NCBI GenBank assembly: GCA_021604405.1
Contig: BQJA01000002.1
Location: 25,386-89,385 of the forward strand
DNA length: 64,000 bases
Source of the DNA: Nitrosomonas sp.
Lineage (GTDB): Bacteria > Pseudomonadota > Gammaproteobacteria > Burkholderiales > Nitrosomonadaceae
Reading direction: 5' to 3'
The notes under the pieces were generated by a model. That model was not told the DNA's origin, searched no databases, and saw only the letters and a program-made list of their open reading frames with translations. Positions 1-9,825 of the stretch are shown here, in pieces; positions within the stretch are counted from its first letter, which is position 1; each line of letters opens with the position of its first letter. The position numbers were made by a program, and so were the translations under genes.

Positions 1-55
1 TGCTGTCAAAATGATGATTCTGGTAGATATGCGTACGTTGTGGTAGGTTCAGCAT
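1..55 (-). CDS. 5' end of a probable sulfotransferase-domain protein (runs off the window)
   Basis: Hand translation from ATG at 55 gives MLNLPQRTHIYQNHHFDS, which resembles the HNHHFDST N-terminal motif of bacterial sulfotransferase-domain proteins. Only 18 codons are visible. Confidence 0.5.
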   Translation of the reverse strand, partial: MLNLPQRTHIYQNHHFDS

Positions 56-172
56 TTTTTGCGGCCTGATATGAAATATTCGATTATAAATTTACAGAGG
101 CGCACCCGACTTGGCAATTGCATGCGACGGGCAATAATAGAATTAATAAAAGCGTTCAGTTTGTTGTCTAAC

Positions 173-184
173 AACCGATCGGTT
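173..184. promoter_or_regulatory. Perfect 12-bp palindrome AACCGATCGGTT, possible operator
   Basis: Seen directly, about 120 bp upstream of the partial CDS at 1-55. Confidence 0.3.
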
Positions 185-270
185 AAATTTTCTACAATTT
201 GTATTCCAACAGCAACAATTTTCACGATTTAAAGACAGATCCGGCGTTAGACCTTCATTGCGTTATGTCG

Positions 271-1227
271 TCAATCTGCAGATTCCCCCCATGCACGCAA
301 AAACGAATCATAAAATCCAGGTTCTGCAGGTATCGCACCCCGTACGCCACAAATTGCGGCCGCAAATGCATTGGCTCTGGACAAAATCTCCGCATTTGAC
401 CAGCCACGCAAAGTACCGGTTATAAAAACAGCTGTAAAAGCGTCTCCGGCTCCCACGGTATCTACCAGATCGATACTTCCACCCTGCTGCACTTGTTTGT
501 TGCCGTCTGCATCAAGTTGCCATACCCCCCGCTCCCCGCACGTTACCAGTAATTGCTGTAATGAAAACTGCCTGATCACCGCCCCCGCCTGCGCATACTC
601 ATCATTTCCTGAGATATTCAGCAATCCGGCGATAACTTTTAGCTCGTCCTCGCTCATTTTTACAACTTCCGCATGACTTAATGAATGCTGAATTCTTTCC
701 ACTGTATACCAGGGTTCACGCAAGTTGATATCCAGTATTCGGCGCGATTGCACCGTTTGAAAAATATTATTTAAGGCGTTGAATGAAAATTCATTTCTTT
801 GCGCCAGGGAACCAAAGTAAATTAACTCAGGTGCTGCTGATAACGCAATCTTGCGTGCGTCGTTTGCATCAATGAAATCATATGCCTGGTCCGGTGGAAT
901 CTCGAAACGGTGATCGCCATTCTCAATATGGACAATTACCTGACCTGTTGGATGCAGTGAATCTTGCTGCACGCCTTCCGTTGTCATACCCAGACGAGTC
1001 ATTGTCGCCATTAACTCCCGGCCTAGCGGATCATCGCCGATGCGCGTTATCAATAATGGAAACAAACCAAACGCCCGCAAATGACACGCCACATTAAATG
1101 GTGCGCCACCCAGTACTGAGCGGTCTGGAAAAACATCCGCCAGCACTTCTCCAAACAATACCACAACCCTTTCAGGGTGCCTCACTGACAAGGGTTCAGC
1201 TTTTTGAGTCTCCGGGTTTTTAATCAT
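271..1227 (-). CDS. PfkB-family carbohydrate kinase, fructokinase-like
   Basis: GEVLAD...GGAPFNVA N-terminal signature and DTVGAGDAF C-terminal PfkB signature. Confidence 0.88.
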   Translation of the reverse strand: MIKNPETQKAEPLSVRHPERVVVLFGEVLADVFPDRSVLGGAPFNVACHLRAFGLFPLLITRIGDDPLGRELMATMTRLGMTTEGVQQDSLHPTGQVIVHIENGDHRFEIPPDQAYDFIDANDARKIALSAAPELIYFGSLAQRNEFSFNALNNIFQTVQSRRILDINLREPWYTVERIQHSLSHAEVVKMSEDELKVIAGLLNISGNDEYAQAGAVIRQFSLQQLLVTCGERGVWQLDADGNKQVQQGGSIDLVDTVGAGDAFTAVFITGTLRGWSNAEILSRANAFAAAICGVRGAIPAEPGFYDSFLRAWGESAD

Positions 1228-1311
1228 CAGTTAAAAAACTCCTTTGTTTATTACACCAGCCCATTATGCTCAACTTACCATCAGCCTGAAAATTCAGCAA
1301 TATGGAAAATT

Positions 1312-1986
1312 CTAATCTCGTTTGTATCCTGTTGGATCGGGAATTCCGGCTTTATCGAATCCGGCGCGGCGAATACGACAAGCATCACAAACGCCACAGG
1401 CCAGTCCGGCTTCATCTGCCTGATAACAGGAGACCGTCAGACTATAATTAACCCCGAGAGACATCCCTTTTTGTATAATTTCCTGCTTGGACAAATTAAT
1501 GAGTGGCGCATGAACAACGACTTTATTACCCTCTATTGCTGCTTTAGTGGCCAGATTGGCCATTCTCTCAAACGCTTCAATATATTCCGGACGACAATCC
1601 GGATAACCCGAATAATCAATCGCATTTACGCCAATAAAAATATCATGACTGCCCAGCGTTTCTGCCCATGCCAGCGCAAGCGACAACATAACTGTATTCC
1701 GGGCGGGTACGTAAGTAACCGGAATCGCAGCTTTTTCACCTTTTATCGGGACAGCAACTGACGGATCCGTTAACGCCGATCCACCAAATGCAGCCAGATC
1801 AATTTTAATCACCTGATGCTGGCACACACCTAACGAATATGCAACGGCCTGCGCTGCCGTCAATTCTGATTCGTGACGTTGACCATAGTCAACGCTCAGC
1901 GCATAACATTCATATTGCTGGTAACGTGCTATAGCAAGCGTTGTAGCGGAATCCAGACCGCCAGATAAAAGAATTATTGCTTTCAC
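1312..1986 (-). CDS. queC: 7-cyano-7-deazaguanine synthase
   Basis: [27 protein letters not shown] and C-terminal Zn motif SCY...CGVCDAC. Confidence 0.97.
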   Translation of the reverse strand: MKAIILLSGGLDSATTLAIARYQQYECYALSVDYGQRHESELTAAQAVAYSLGVCQHQVIKIDLAAFGGSALTDPSVAVPIKGEKAAIPVTYVPARNTVMLSLALAWAETLGSHDIFIGVNAIDYSGYPDCRPEYIEAFERMANLATKAAIEGNKVVVHAPLINLSKQEIIQKGMSLGVNYSLTVSCYQADEAGLACGVCDACRIRRAGFDKAGIPDPTGYKRD

Positions 1987-2021
1987 GATATATGCGCAAC
2001 CGTATCAATAAGGAGCATTTG

Positions 2022-2684
2022 TCAACGTCCCGGCCCATCTTCCCATAAAAACTTATGCAACTGAACCTGCATCCGTACCGGCAAATGATCACGCAAAATC
2101 CATGCAGCCAATTTTTCCGGAGCAAGCTTGCCATGCACCGGTGAAAACAAAACGGGACAAATTAAATCCAAACGCTGTCCCAGTAACATTTCGGCAGCCC
2201 ACTGGTAATCTGTTTCATCACAAAGCACAAACTTCAGTTCATCCTGACCCGTTAAACAATCGAAATTGCTCCACAAATTTTTATCGGATTCACCTGAACC
2301 AGGCGTCTTGACATCCACAACTCTACAAACACGCTTATCCACGCTGGAGACATCCAGCGCACCACTCGTTTCGAGTGAAACTGAATAACCAGCATCGCAT
2401 AATTCCGAGAGAAGCTGCAAACACCCCCGCTGAGCCAATGGTTCCCCGCCCGTTACCGTCACAAATCGCGCCTGATAAGCCAGAATCTGTTCCAGAATTG
2501 TCGTAATTGCCATATTCTTGCCGCCAGAAAAGGCATAAGCTGTATCGCAATATCCACAGCGCAAAGGACAGCCTGTCAGGCGGATAAAAACAGTGGGCAA
2601 ACCAATGCGGCTCGTTTCACCCTGCAACGAAAAAAAAATTTCATTGATCCGCAAGAATACAGATTTAGAAGCTTGCACGATCAC
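2022..2684 (-). CDS. queE: 7-carboxy-7-deazaguanine synthase (radical SAM)
   Basis: EIFFSLQGE, RLTGCPLRCGYCDT (CxxxCxxC), VTGGEPL, QLHK; adjacent to queC. Confidence 0.95.
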   Translation of the reverse strand: MIVQASKSVFLRINEIFFSLQGETSRIGLPTVFIRLTGCPLRCGYCDTAYAFSGGKNMAITTILEQILAYQARFVTVTGGEPLAQRGCLQLLSELCDAGYSVSLETSGALDVSSVDKRVCRVVDVKTPGSGESDKNLWSNFDCLTGQDELKFVLCDETDYQWAAEMLLGQRLDLICPVLFSPVHGKLAPEKLAAWILRDHLPVRMQVQLHKFLWEDGPGR

Positions 2685-2767
2685 TTACAATACAAGGAAA
2701 CAAAAGCCATCTGAAGAAAATAGTTAGCAAATCTTATAAACATAGCCAATCAGGCCAAAAAACATTC

Positions 2768-3598
2768 TCAATTAGCCGACAACCGACGCTTGGCTTTATC
2801 AGCAGCATCGCTAAACGGATATCTTGCGATCAAATCCTGCAATGTTTTTTTGGCGGTCGCTTTGTCACCCATTTCCTGTTGACTGCTGGCAATGTTAAGC
2901 AGCGCATCCGGTATTTTTGCGCTATTCGGGTAAGTACGAATCAGCTTATTCTGAGCATCAATGGATTGTTGAAAATTACGCAGCGCATAATGTGCATTAC
3001 CAATCCAGTATGCCGCAGCAGGGGCAAGATTAGATTCAGGATATTTTGCAACAAAAACCTCAAACTGAGCAATGGCAGCCGAGTAATCACCATTTTTGAA
3101 CAAATTATTCGCCTGATCATAAGCGCTGTTTTCGTCAGGACCGGCTGGCTCTGTTTGTGTAATCGGTGCTGGTTCAGGTGAAGTAACTGGCGCGGGCATG
3201 ATAGCCGACGCTGGCGACGGTACTTCTTGAGCAAATGACATGTCCCGCGTTCCAGAACCAATAGGTGCATCCGGATCTTCAATTCGTCTTAACCGATTAT
3301 CAAGATCAATATAAAAATCCTTTTGTCGCTTCTGCAGCAATTCATTCTGATTGGCCAGGACTTCTATCTGTCCACGCAACTCACTCAAATCCTGCGCTAA
3401 TGTTTCAACCTGCGTGTAGATTTCCAACAGGCCCTGACTATCAAGCGTCTCCTCCATTTTGCCAGTACGCGCTTCCATTTGTTCTACCTGCTCACGCAAA
3501 ACACTAATCTGTTCACGTGCTTCGCTGTCGCCAAACAGTCCAGCATAACTGGCGTTGCAACCAATTAATAATAACAGCAATAAGACGCGTGCAAACAT
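2768..3598 (-). CDS. cpoB: Tol-Pal periplasmic protein CpoB/YbgF
   Basis: Signal peptide, coiled coil, TPR C-terminus (YWIGNAHY, KIPDALL); directly after pal. Start moved to the ATG at 3598, just past the pal stop. Confidence 0.93.
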   Translation of the reverse strand: MFARVLLLLLLIGCNASYAGLFGDSEAREQISVLREQVEQMEARTGKMEETLDSQGLLEIYTQVETLAQDLSELRGQIEVLANQNELLQKRQKDFYIDLDNRLRRIEDPDAPIGSGTRDMSFAQEVPSPASAIMPAPVTSPEPAPITQTEPAGPDENSAYDQANNLFKNGDYSAAIAQFEVFVAKYPESNLAPAAAYWIGNAHYALRNFQQSIDAQNKLIRTYPNSAKIPDALLNIASSQQEMGDKATAKKTLQDLIARYPFSDAADKAKRRLSAN

Positions 3599-3599
3599 A

Positions 3600-4118
3600 T
3601 TACTCACCATGATAAAGAATGTCGGTACGACGATTTTCGGCCCAAGAAGATTCATCATGACCTGTGGTACGTGGTTTTTCTTCACCCAAACTGACCGATT
3701 CAATTTGAGCATCACGCGCACCAGCCAATGTCATCATGTTTTTAACGCTGTCTGCACGACGTTGGCCCAAAGCAAGATTATATTCACGGCTACCGCGTTC
3801 ATCGGTATTTCCCTGCAGCAAGACATCGGCATTTGGATTATCACGCAGAAACCTGGCGTGTGCCAATACCAACTCCCGATATTCGTTTTTTACTGTATAA
3901 CTGTCATAATCATAATAGACACTGCGTTGTGACAAAATACTGTCCGGGTCCTGCAGTGCATGAAAAGTCGGCCCACCGGTCGCCAACCCGCTACCTTCAG
4001 CCGCGGCGCCTTCATCAGCGCCAATGGAACGCTCTACCACTTCTGCAGTCGGCTGCGTCTCCTGGCTAGCACAGGCCGATAATAAGCAAATCATAAAAAC
4101 ACTGCATATTTTTTTCAT
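3600..4118 (-). CDS. pal: Peptidoglycan-associated lipoprotein
   Basis: Lipobox LSAC, OmpA-like GNTDERGSREYNLALGQRRA and ENRR motifs. Confidence 0.97.
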   Translation of the reverse strand: MKKICSVFMICLLSACASQETQPTAEVVERSIGADEGAAAEGSGLATGGPTFHALQDPDSILSQRSVYYDYDSYTVKNEYRELVLAHARFLRDNPNADVLLQGNTDERGSREYNLALGQRRADSVKNMMTLAGARDAQIESVSLGEEKPRTTGHDESSWAENRRTDILYHGE

Positions 4119-4158
4119 ACATCACTCCTTAAGATTTAGCTAAAATGCAGAACCTGGC

Positions 4159-5457
4159 TTATTGTAATCCGGGTAACGGCCCCCACACCGGCTCTCTAAT
4201 ATCACCAATCTGTATCGTGAGTTGCTGCCTTGTCTGACCATCTCTTGAAACAGCCGACAATATACCACGCCCCCCTATTTCTGTGGCATACAAGATCATC
4301 ATATCGTTGGGCGCAAAACTGGGCGACTCATCAAACTGAGATTTTGTCAGTATTTGCATTTGGCGTGTTGCGATATCCTGAACCGCAACATTAAACTGAT
4401 TGTTATGGCGATGAATGAAGGTAAAACTTTTACCATCGCGGCTATAATCTGGGCTGACGTTATAGTTACCCTCGAAAGTAAGACGTTCCGCGACCCCTGA
4501 TGCGGTTTCGGTTATTGCCATACGATATATCTGCGGGCTTCCGCCCCGGTCAGAGGTAAAAATAATCGACCGGCCGTCTGGAGAAAAGCTGGGTTCAGTA
4601 TCAATACCTGCGCTTCTGGTAAGCCTTTGCAAACCGCCACCGTCCGCATTGATTAAAAAAATTTGCGAATTACCCTGCGTTGTCAGCACGACCGCAAGCT
4701 TTTCTCCATCAGGGGACCAGGCAGGCGCGCTATTGCTCCCTTTGAAATTCGCAACAATACGGCGCTCACCGGTTGCAACGGTCTGGACATACACGACAGG
4801 TTTTTTATTTGCAAACGATACATAAGCAATCTTACTGCCATCCGGAGACCAGGCAGGCGATATAATCGGCTCAGGATATTCAATCATCGACTGCGCGTTA
4901 AACCCATCCGCGTCTGCTACCTGCAATGCATAATTCTCACCCTGCTTCATCACGTAAGCGATACGGGAGCTGAATACCCCTTTGTTTCCGGTTAATGCTT
5001 CAAAAACTATATCGGCGATTCGATGCGCAACAGCGCGTAATTGTGCTGTGGAAACTGTCGTAATCAGGCTGGTTAACTGAATCCGCTTTGCCACATCCAT
5101 TAAGTAGAAACGTATTTCTATTTGTCCATCCGGCAACACATTTGTTTCACCGATCACCAACGCGCCAGCACCACGATTAGCCCAATCCGCATAAACAACA
5201 TCCACCGGATTATGCGGCGCCAATCCCGCCGAATCCACCATCCTGAATAACCCACTCCTTTGCAAATCAGCAGCCACGATTGAAGTAATACTTTGCGGCA
5301 GCCGGGACTCGGCGGCAAAAGGCGCAATGGCTATTGGAATTTGCGTCGCGCCTCCGCCAAATATTTCGATATCCAGCGCCGCATTAAGCGGTTTACATAA
5401 CCACCATACCAGCAAAAAAAACAACCAATGAGAGAAATGGCGTGAACAAATCAGCAT
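4159..5457 (-). CDS. tolB: TolB beta-propeller protein
   Basis: IPIAIAPF N-domain and PD40 repeats (SPAWSPDG, APAWSPDG, EPSFSPDG). Confidence 0.97.
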   Translation of the reverse strand: MLICSRHFSHWLFFLLVWWLCKPLNAALDIEIFGGGATQIPIAIAPFAAESRLPQSITSIVAADLQRSGLFRMVDSAGLAPHNPVDVVYADWANRGAGALVIGETNVLPDGQIEIRFYLMDVAKRIQLTSLITTVSTAQLRAVAHRIADIVFEALTGNKGVFSSRIAYVMKQGENYALQVADADGFNAQSMIEYPEPIISPAWSPDGSKIAYVSFANKKPVVYVQTVATGERRIVANFKGSNSAPAWSPDGEKLAVVLTTQGNSQIFLINADGGGLQRLTRSAGIDTEPSFSPDGRSIIFTSDRGGSPQIYRMAITETASGVAERLTFEGNYNVSPDYSRDGKSFTFIHRHNNQFNVAVQDIATRQMQILTKSQFDESPSFAPNDMMILYATEIGGRGILSAVSRDGQTRQQLTIQIGDIREPVWGPLPGLQ

Positions 5458-5643
5458 AAACAGGTTTTTAAGTCATTTAATTAATGCAACTGATTATAAC
5501 AATCATTGCAATGAGTCCGCATTATTTCGTCGCGATTCAGGTCACCGTTGATGACTTCAGAGCAAGAAAACCGTGCAGCCCAACCCGCAAAGCGCTTACA
5601 AAAAGCAACTATGGGTTATACAACAGCTAGATACCGTTAACAA

Positions 5644-6501
5644 TCATTCATGATAATGCACCGTAACATTCAAGTTACGAAATTCTTTGAATAAAGCAGG
5701 ATTAGATGGCAACGGAAGCGGTTCAGACAAGAAAACCGCACGCTCTACTGCACTGTCAAATGACGCATAGCCGCTGCTCCGGCGCAACTGTACATCGAGA
5801 ATATCGCCACCCGGCAACAATGTTACGTCAAATTCAGTCATTGGATTACCAGGCAAATCAGGTGGCATTACGATACGGCTCCTGACTTTAGCAAGAATCA
5901 TTGTCCTGTATTTAGCGATTTCGTCCATGATGCGAGCACGCTCCGCTGCTTGCTGCGCTTCACGCTGCGCCACCAACACTTCTTGTTCACGCTGCCGCTG
6001 CAATGTTTCTTCGCGTTGAAGCCGTTTCGCTTCGGCTATTACAGCTTCTTCTTTTTTTCTTTGCTTCTCCAGCTCACGTTCTTCCCGCTTCTCCAGTTCA
6101 TGTTTTCTTTGCGTTTCCTGAGGCGGTTCTTTTGCCGTCACCGGTTCGGGTTTTTCACTTTTTTCCTTACGGACAATGTCTGGTTTTTTGGGTGGTGGCG
6201 ACGACGCTATTTCGGGCAGTGGTGATTTTTCCTGTACGAATTGCTGTGTGGGTTTAGGTTGCTGAGCAGGCTCTGACGGCACAGGCTCTTTTTTTAACGG
6301 CGGTTGTTTTACTACTGGCTGAACAGGCTGAGACCAATCTTGCCACAAATCCACCACTAATCCTTCCGGCGGCAGGCTTTTCCAGTTCAAACCAAAGAAC
6401 ATAAATACAGCGAAAACAACATGAACCAGCAAAGCCAGCACGCCCGCCAAGAACAACCCTGGTTCATTGCGTGATGAATTTCGCAATACCATTACGCTCA
6501 T
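5644..6501 (-). CDS. tolA: TolA inner-membrane protein
   Basis: N-terminal TM helix, Pro-rich and E/K/Q-rich helical linker, TonB_C-like end (SSGYASFDSAVERAV); position in the tol operon. Confidence 0.9.
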   Translation of the reverse strand: MSVMVLRNSSRNEPGLFLAGVLALLVHVVFAVFMFFGLNWKSLPPEGLVVDLWQDWSQPVQPVVKQPPLKKEPVPSEPAQQPKPTQQFVQEKSPLPEIASSPPPKKPDIVRKEKSEKPEPVTAKEPPQETQRKHELEKREERELEKQRKKEEAVIAEAKRLQREETLQRQREQEVLVAQREAQQAAERARIMDEIAKYRTMILAKVRSRIVMPPDLPGNPMTEFDVTLLPGGDILDVQLRRSSGYASFDSAVERAVFLSEPLPLPSNPALFKEFRNLNVTVHYHE

Positions 6502-6517
6502 AACTGAATCGAATTAC

Positions 6518-6934
6518 TCATTTTGGTCTGGCGAGCAAACCAACCTTCTTCACCTGATGTTGCTGCAGAATATCCATCACAAGCATGACTTCTTCGTAAC
6601 GGACATTTTTATCAGCCGCTATCACAACAGGCTGATCATTGTTTTGTTCCTGGATTTGTTTTATCGCCGCAGCCAACTGACCCCGATCGATTGTCATTAC
6701 ACGCGCTGTTTTAGATCGATCAAGCAATTTCAAACGACCATTTGTTTCAATCATTATTTCCAATGGCGCAACCGGTGGCGTTAACGATTTGCCAATCTCC
6801 GGCAGTTCGATCTGACCTGGACTAATCATTGGCGCAGTAATCATAAAAATAATTAACAACACCAGCATTACATCAATGTATGGCACCACATTGATCTCAT
6901 TCATAAAACGGCGCCTGCCGCGGTGTCTAGTCAT
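6518..6934 (-). CDS. tolR: TolR
   Basis: EINVVPYIDVMLVLLIIFMITAP motif. Confidence 0.95.
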   Translation of the reverse strand: MTRHRGRRRFMNEINVVPYIDVMLVLLIIFMITAPMISPGQIELPEIGKSLTPPVAPLEIMIETNGRLKLLDRSKTARVMTIDRGQLAAAIKQIQEQNNDQPVVIAADKNVRYEEVMLVMDILQQHQVKKVGLLARPK

Positions 6935-6955
6935 ACAACGCTCGCTTCGCCCGTT

Positions 6956-7636
6956 TCATTCTGACGCCCGCCGCTGCAGCACATTGGACAACTCTTCCAT
7001 GAAACTTTCATATCGTGTCGCCAGTTGATCGGTGTCACTGGCATAGCGGTTATAAGCGATTACTGCGGGAATTGCTGCAAAAAGCCCCATGGCCGTTGCA
7101 ATCAACGCTTCCGCGATACCCGGTGCAACATGCGCAATGGTTGCCTGCGTCACATTGGACAGACCACGGAAAGAGTTCATAATTCCCCACACGGTACCAA
7201 ACAGCCCGATATACGGACTGACAGAACCCACGGTCGCCAGGAAAGATAAATGGGATTCCAGCCTGTCCATTTCCCGTTGAAAAGTGGCGCGCATCGCTCG
7301 CCGGGTACCATCCATCACGACGCTCAGATCTGCATTAGACTGATGCTTGGTAAACTCCCGAAAACCCGCTTCAAAAATACGCTCCATACTCCCACCCGGA
7401 TAATGCGCATTTCCCGCCCGTTGATACAATGCATTAAGATCAGCACCCCGCCAGAAATAATCTTCAAATTCATTGCATTGTCTGACCGCATGCTTGATGG
7501 CAAACATCTTGCGAAAAATAAACCACCATGATAACAGCGACGTGACGAGTAAAAGCAGCATCACAAACTGTACCGGCAAGCTGGCACTACTAATAAGATG
7601 CAGTAGCGACATATCCTGTGTAATGGTTGCATTCAT
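6956..7636 (-). CDS. tolQ: TolQ
   Basis: SPYIGLFGTVWGIM and PGIAEALIATAMGLFAAIPA motifs. Confidence 0.96.
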   Translation of the reverse strand: MNATITQDMSLLHLISSASLPVQFVMLLLLVTSLLSWWFIFRKMFAIKHAVRQCNEFEDYFWRGADLNALYQRAGNAHYPGGSMERIFEAGFREFTKHQSNADLSVVMDGTRRAMRATFQREMDRLESHLSFLATVGSVSPYIGLFGTVWGIMNSFRGLSNVTQATIAHVAPGIAEALIATAMGLFAAIPAVIAYNRYASDTDQLATRYESFMEELSNVLQRRASE

Positions 7637-8043
7637 GATGACGCACCAATTTTCTGGCGCAGCGGCACAGGAACTCTCACTGGTTTAAGACTATCCGCGC
7701 CCACACATACGACATGGACTGTGGCGTTAACCAGCTTAATTTGGCTGCGCAATATCTCCTGACAAATGGTTATGCGGCTTCCGCCTATTTTCTCAACTTG
7801 CACAGTTACTTGCAACAGGTCATCCAATACTGCCGGTTTAAAATATTCAATCTCAAGCGAACGCACCATAAACACCGTTTTATGAATTTGAATTAGCGCG
7901 TTCACATCAAATCCCATTTCCCTGAGCCACTCGTAGCGGGCACGTTCCATGAAATCCAAATGAGTTGAATGATAAACAACCCCGCCCGCGTCCGTATCCT
8001 GATAATAAACACGGATAGGAAATGAATAATTTTGATTTAACAT
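7633..8043 (-). CDS. ybgC: Tol-Pal-associated acyl-CoA thioesterase
   Basis: RVYYQDTDAGGVVYH hotdog-fold motif; 4-bp overlap with tolQ. The start could also be 8088. Confidence 0.92.
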   Translation of the reverse strand: MLNQNYSFPIRVYYQDTDAGGVVYHSTHLDFMERARYEWLREMGFDVNALIQIHKTVFMVRSLEIEYFKPAVLDDLLQVTVQVEKIGGSRITICQEILRSQIKLVNATVHVVCVGADSLKPVRVPVPLRQKIGASS

Positions 8044-8362
8044 TCTTGAGGATTGCACATATTGCGTAAGGTTTCTGTTGCAAGGCATTCTATAAAAAGA
8101 ACCATTAAAAATCCAGACACCTAAGAAAGGCCGGAACCCTCATAAATGTTATTCGCGACACAAAAAGGGGGGAAACAAGCCTTAATGTAAGACCCGATTA
8201 TTTTATTGTACAGGTCGGCTCATGTTTTTAAGCAAATAAGATACTAAAAGGCAGCAATTCACATTTTATGGTACTGTCTGTGCGTTGCTAAAGACGCTAA
8301 ACATGTAAATATTTCGGCATTAAAAACGCCGTTACTTTTTATCATATACGAAAAGCCAACCA

Positions 8363-9409
8363 TTAAGATTTAGATTTATTATTTGCCACCAAGCGCTGCA
8401 AATTTATCGCACTTGGCGTATTGTCTCCCAGCTTATCCACTGATTCTTCAATGGCAGCGCGTGCAGCATCAATTTCGTGAATCAAATAATTCAGTGCCGC
8501 GATCATAAATGCAACATCAAAGTGCCGATTTCCCTGGGCGTAACTCAGCTGATTATGATATTCATCGAGCAGCGTATCAATGCTGCTGCGCAGTGACGCA
8601 TCGATCTTCAAATAATGCAGCGAATCCGGATCAATTCTAAAAGCACCGCGCATGGCCCATGCAGCCTTGTTTAAATCACGCTGCATGGCTGCCGATAAAG
8701 CATAGCCCACTTTAAGAACGCCATCCTGTGGGTGTTGTCCCGCCTGAACGGCAAATACATCCAGCGCTTCTTTCGAGCTGTTTTGTGCCAACAAGCGCCA
8801 GCCTAAATCATTGGTCGAATAACTGTCTCCGTTTGCGATATCAGGGTAACGAACACTTGCAGAATTATAACGATAAGCGCTCCCTTTCTTACTATATTTT
8901 TGCGGCTGCCTATATTCGCCAACGTTAGGGATGGGCGATTCATATTGCGGTCTATATCGCGAATAAGAAGGATAGGAGTATGAATAGGCGCCCGGCGCGT
9001 AATAGCCCGGCAAATAGGTATAACTAAAACCGCGCAGATAACCACTATAATAACCGCCACCATCGTACCAATGACCACCGCTGAAATTCCCGGCTCTACT
9101 TCCAAAGGGGTTATGGCCAATGCCGCCAAAATGTCTGTATCCACCACCAAGAAACCGATGGCCGCCAGAATGCTTTTGACCACGTCCAATGTGGCTATGA
9201 CCGCTAAAGTTTCTGCTGCCGTGCCCTCCGCCGTAAATACCGGCGGAACCAGCATGAGTTCCTGCCTCACCGCCACGCGCTTTCACATCCGGCATCAAGA
9301 ACACCATCGTAACAATTGCGAGCAGTAGCTGACAAATTGATAATTTACTCGCTTTGGCGAATTTTTCAAAATGATCGTTGACACCCATCCCCGCCTCCCA
9401 GCCAATCAC
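8363..9409 (-). CDS. Hypothetical exported protein: Gly/His/Tyr-rich low-complexity region plus TPR-like helical C-domain
   Basis: 348-aa ORF; hydrophobic segment LLLAIVTMVFLMP, a long G/H/Y/S/R-rich tract, then helical repeats (LGWRLLA...GYALSAA...AFRIDP). Confidence 0.75.
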   Translation of the reverse strand: MIGWEAGMGVNDHFEKFAKASKLSICQLLLAIVTMVFLMPDVKARGGEAGTHAGSAGIYGGGHGSRNFSGHSHIGRGQKHSGGHRFLGGGYRHFGGIGHNPFGSRAGNFSGGHWYDGGGYYSGYLRGFSYTYLPGYYAPGAYSYSYPSYSRYRPQYESPIPNVGEYRQPQKYSKKGSAYRYNSASVRYPDIANGDSYSTNDLGWRLLAQNSSKEALDVFAVQAGQHPQDGVLKVGYALSAAMQRDLNKAAWAMRGAFRIDPDSLHYLKIDASLRSSIDTLLDEYHNQLSYAQGNRHFDVAFMIAALNYLIHEIDAARAAIEESVDKLGDNTPSAINLQRLVANNKSKS

Positions 9410-9513
9410 GCAGAAATCAAGTTATTATTTCTTACATAAATTATGGCTCGGCTGACACGGGTTTAGTTCCTAAGAACATCGTCAATAAAACTATCGGTTC
9501 TTAAAGGCCAAGC

Positions 9514-9696
9514 TTATTCGAAATTGAGCCAGGTAACAAACATCATTATGATGAATAAAAACAATGACAAACCAATACGCCATGATAGCGACTTAACCAT
9601 ACGCGTGCTCTTGCCTCCGTCTTTATACATATAATACAGTGCGGACCCTAGACTATAGAGTATTAATAGTAATAATATACCAGCAAAATAATTCAA
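9514..9696 (-). CDS. Twin transmembrane helix small protein (DUF2909-like)
   Basis: 60 aa, two TM helices, SLGSALYYM...RMVKSLSWRIGLS pattern. Confidence 0.8.
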   Translation of the reverse strand: MNYFAGILLLLILYSLGSALYYMYKDGGKSTRMVKSLSWRIGLSLFLFIIMMFVTWLNFE

Positions 9697-9825
9697 TGAA
9701 TAATTCCTGTAATTTTTATCGTTCAGAATAAGTTTAGCCGAGTTGCACGTAATTATTCAATGAATATTTAGAAAAAAATTTCCAGCCACCCTATTCACAT
9801 ATAAACCTCTGTACCGAATCTTTTA

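Noticed and set aside
8803-9276. 157-aa hydrophobic plus-strand ORF
   Set aside because: Antisense shadow of the Gly/Tyr-rich tract; the Ala/Thr/Ile/Val richness is what reverse-complemented Gly, Ser and Tyr codons produce.
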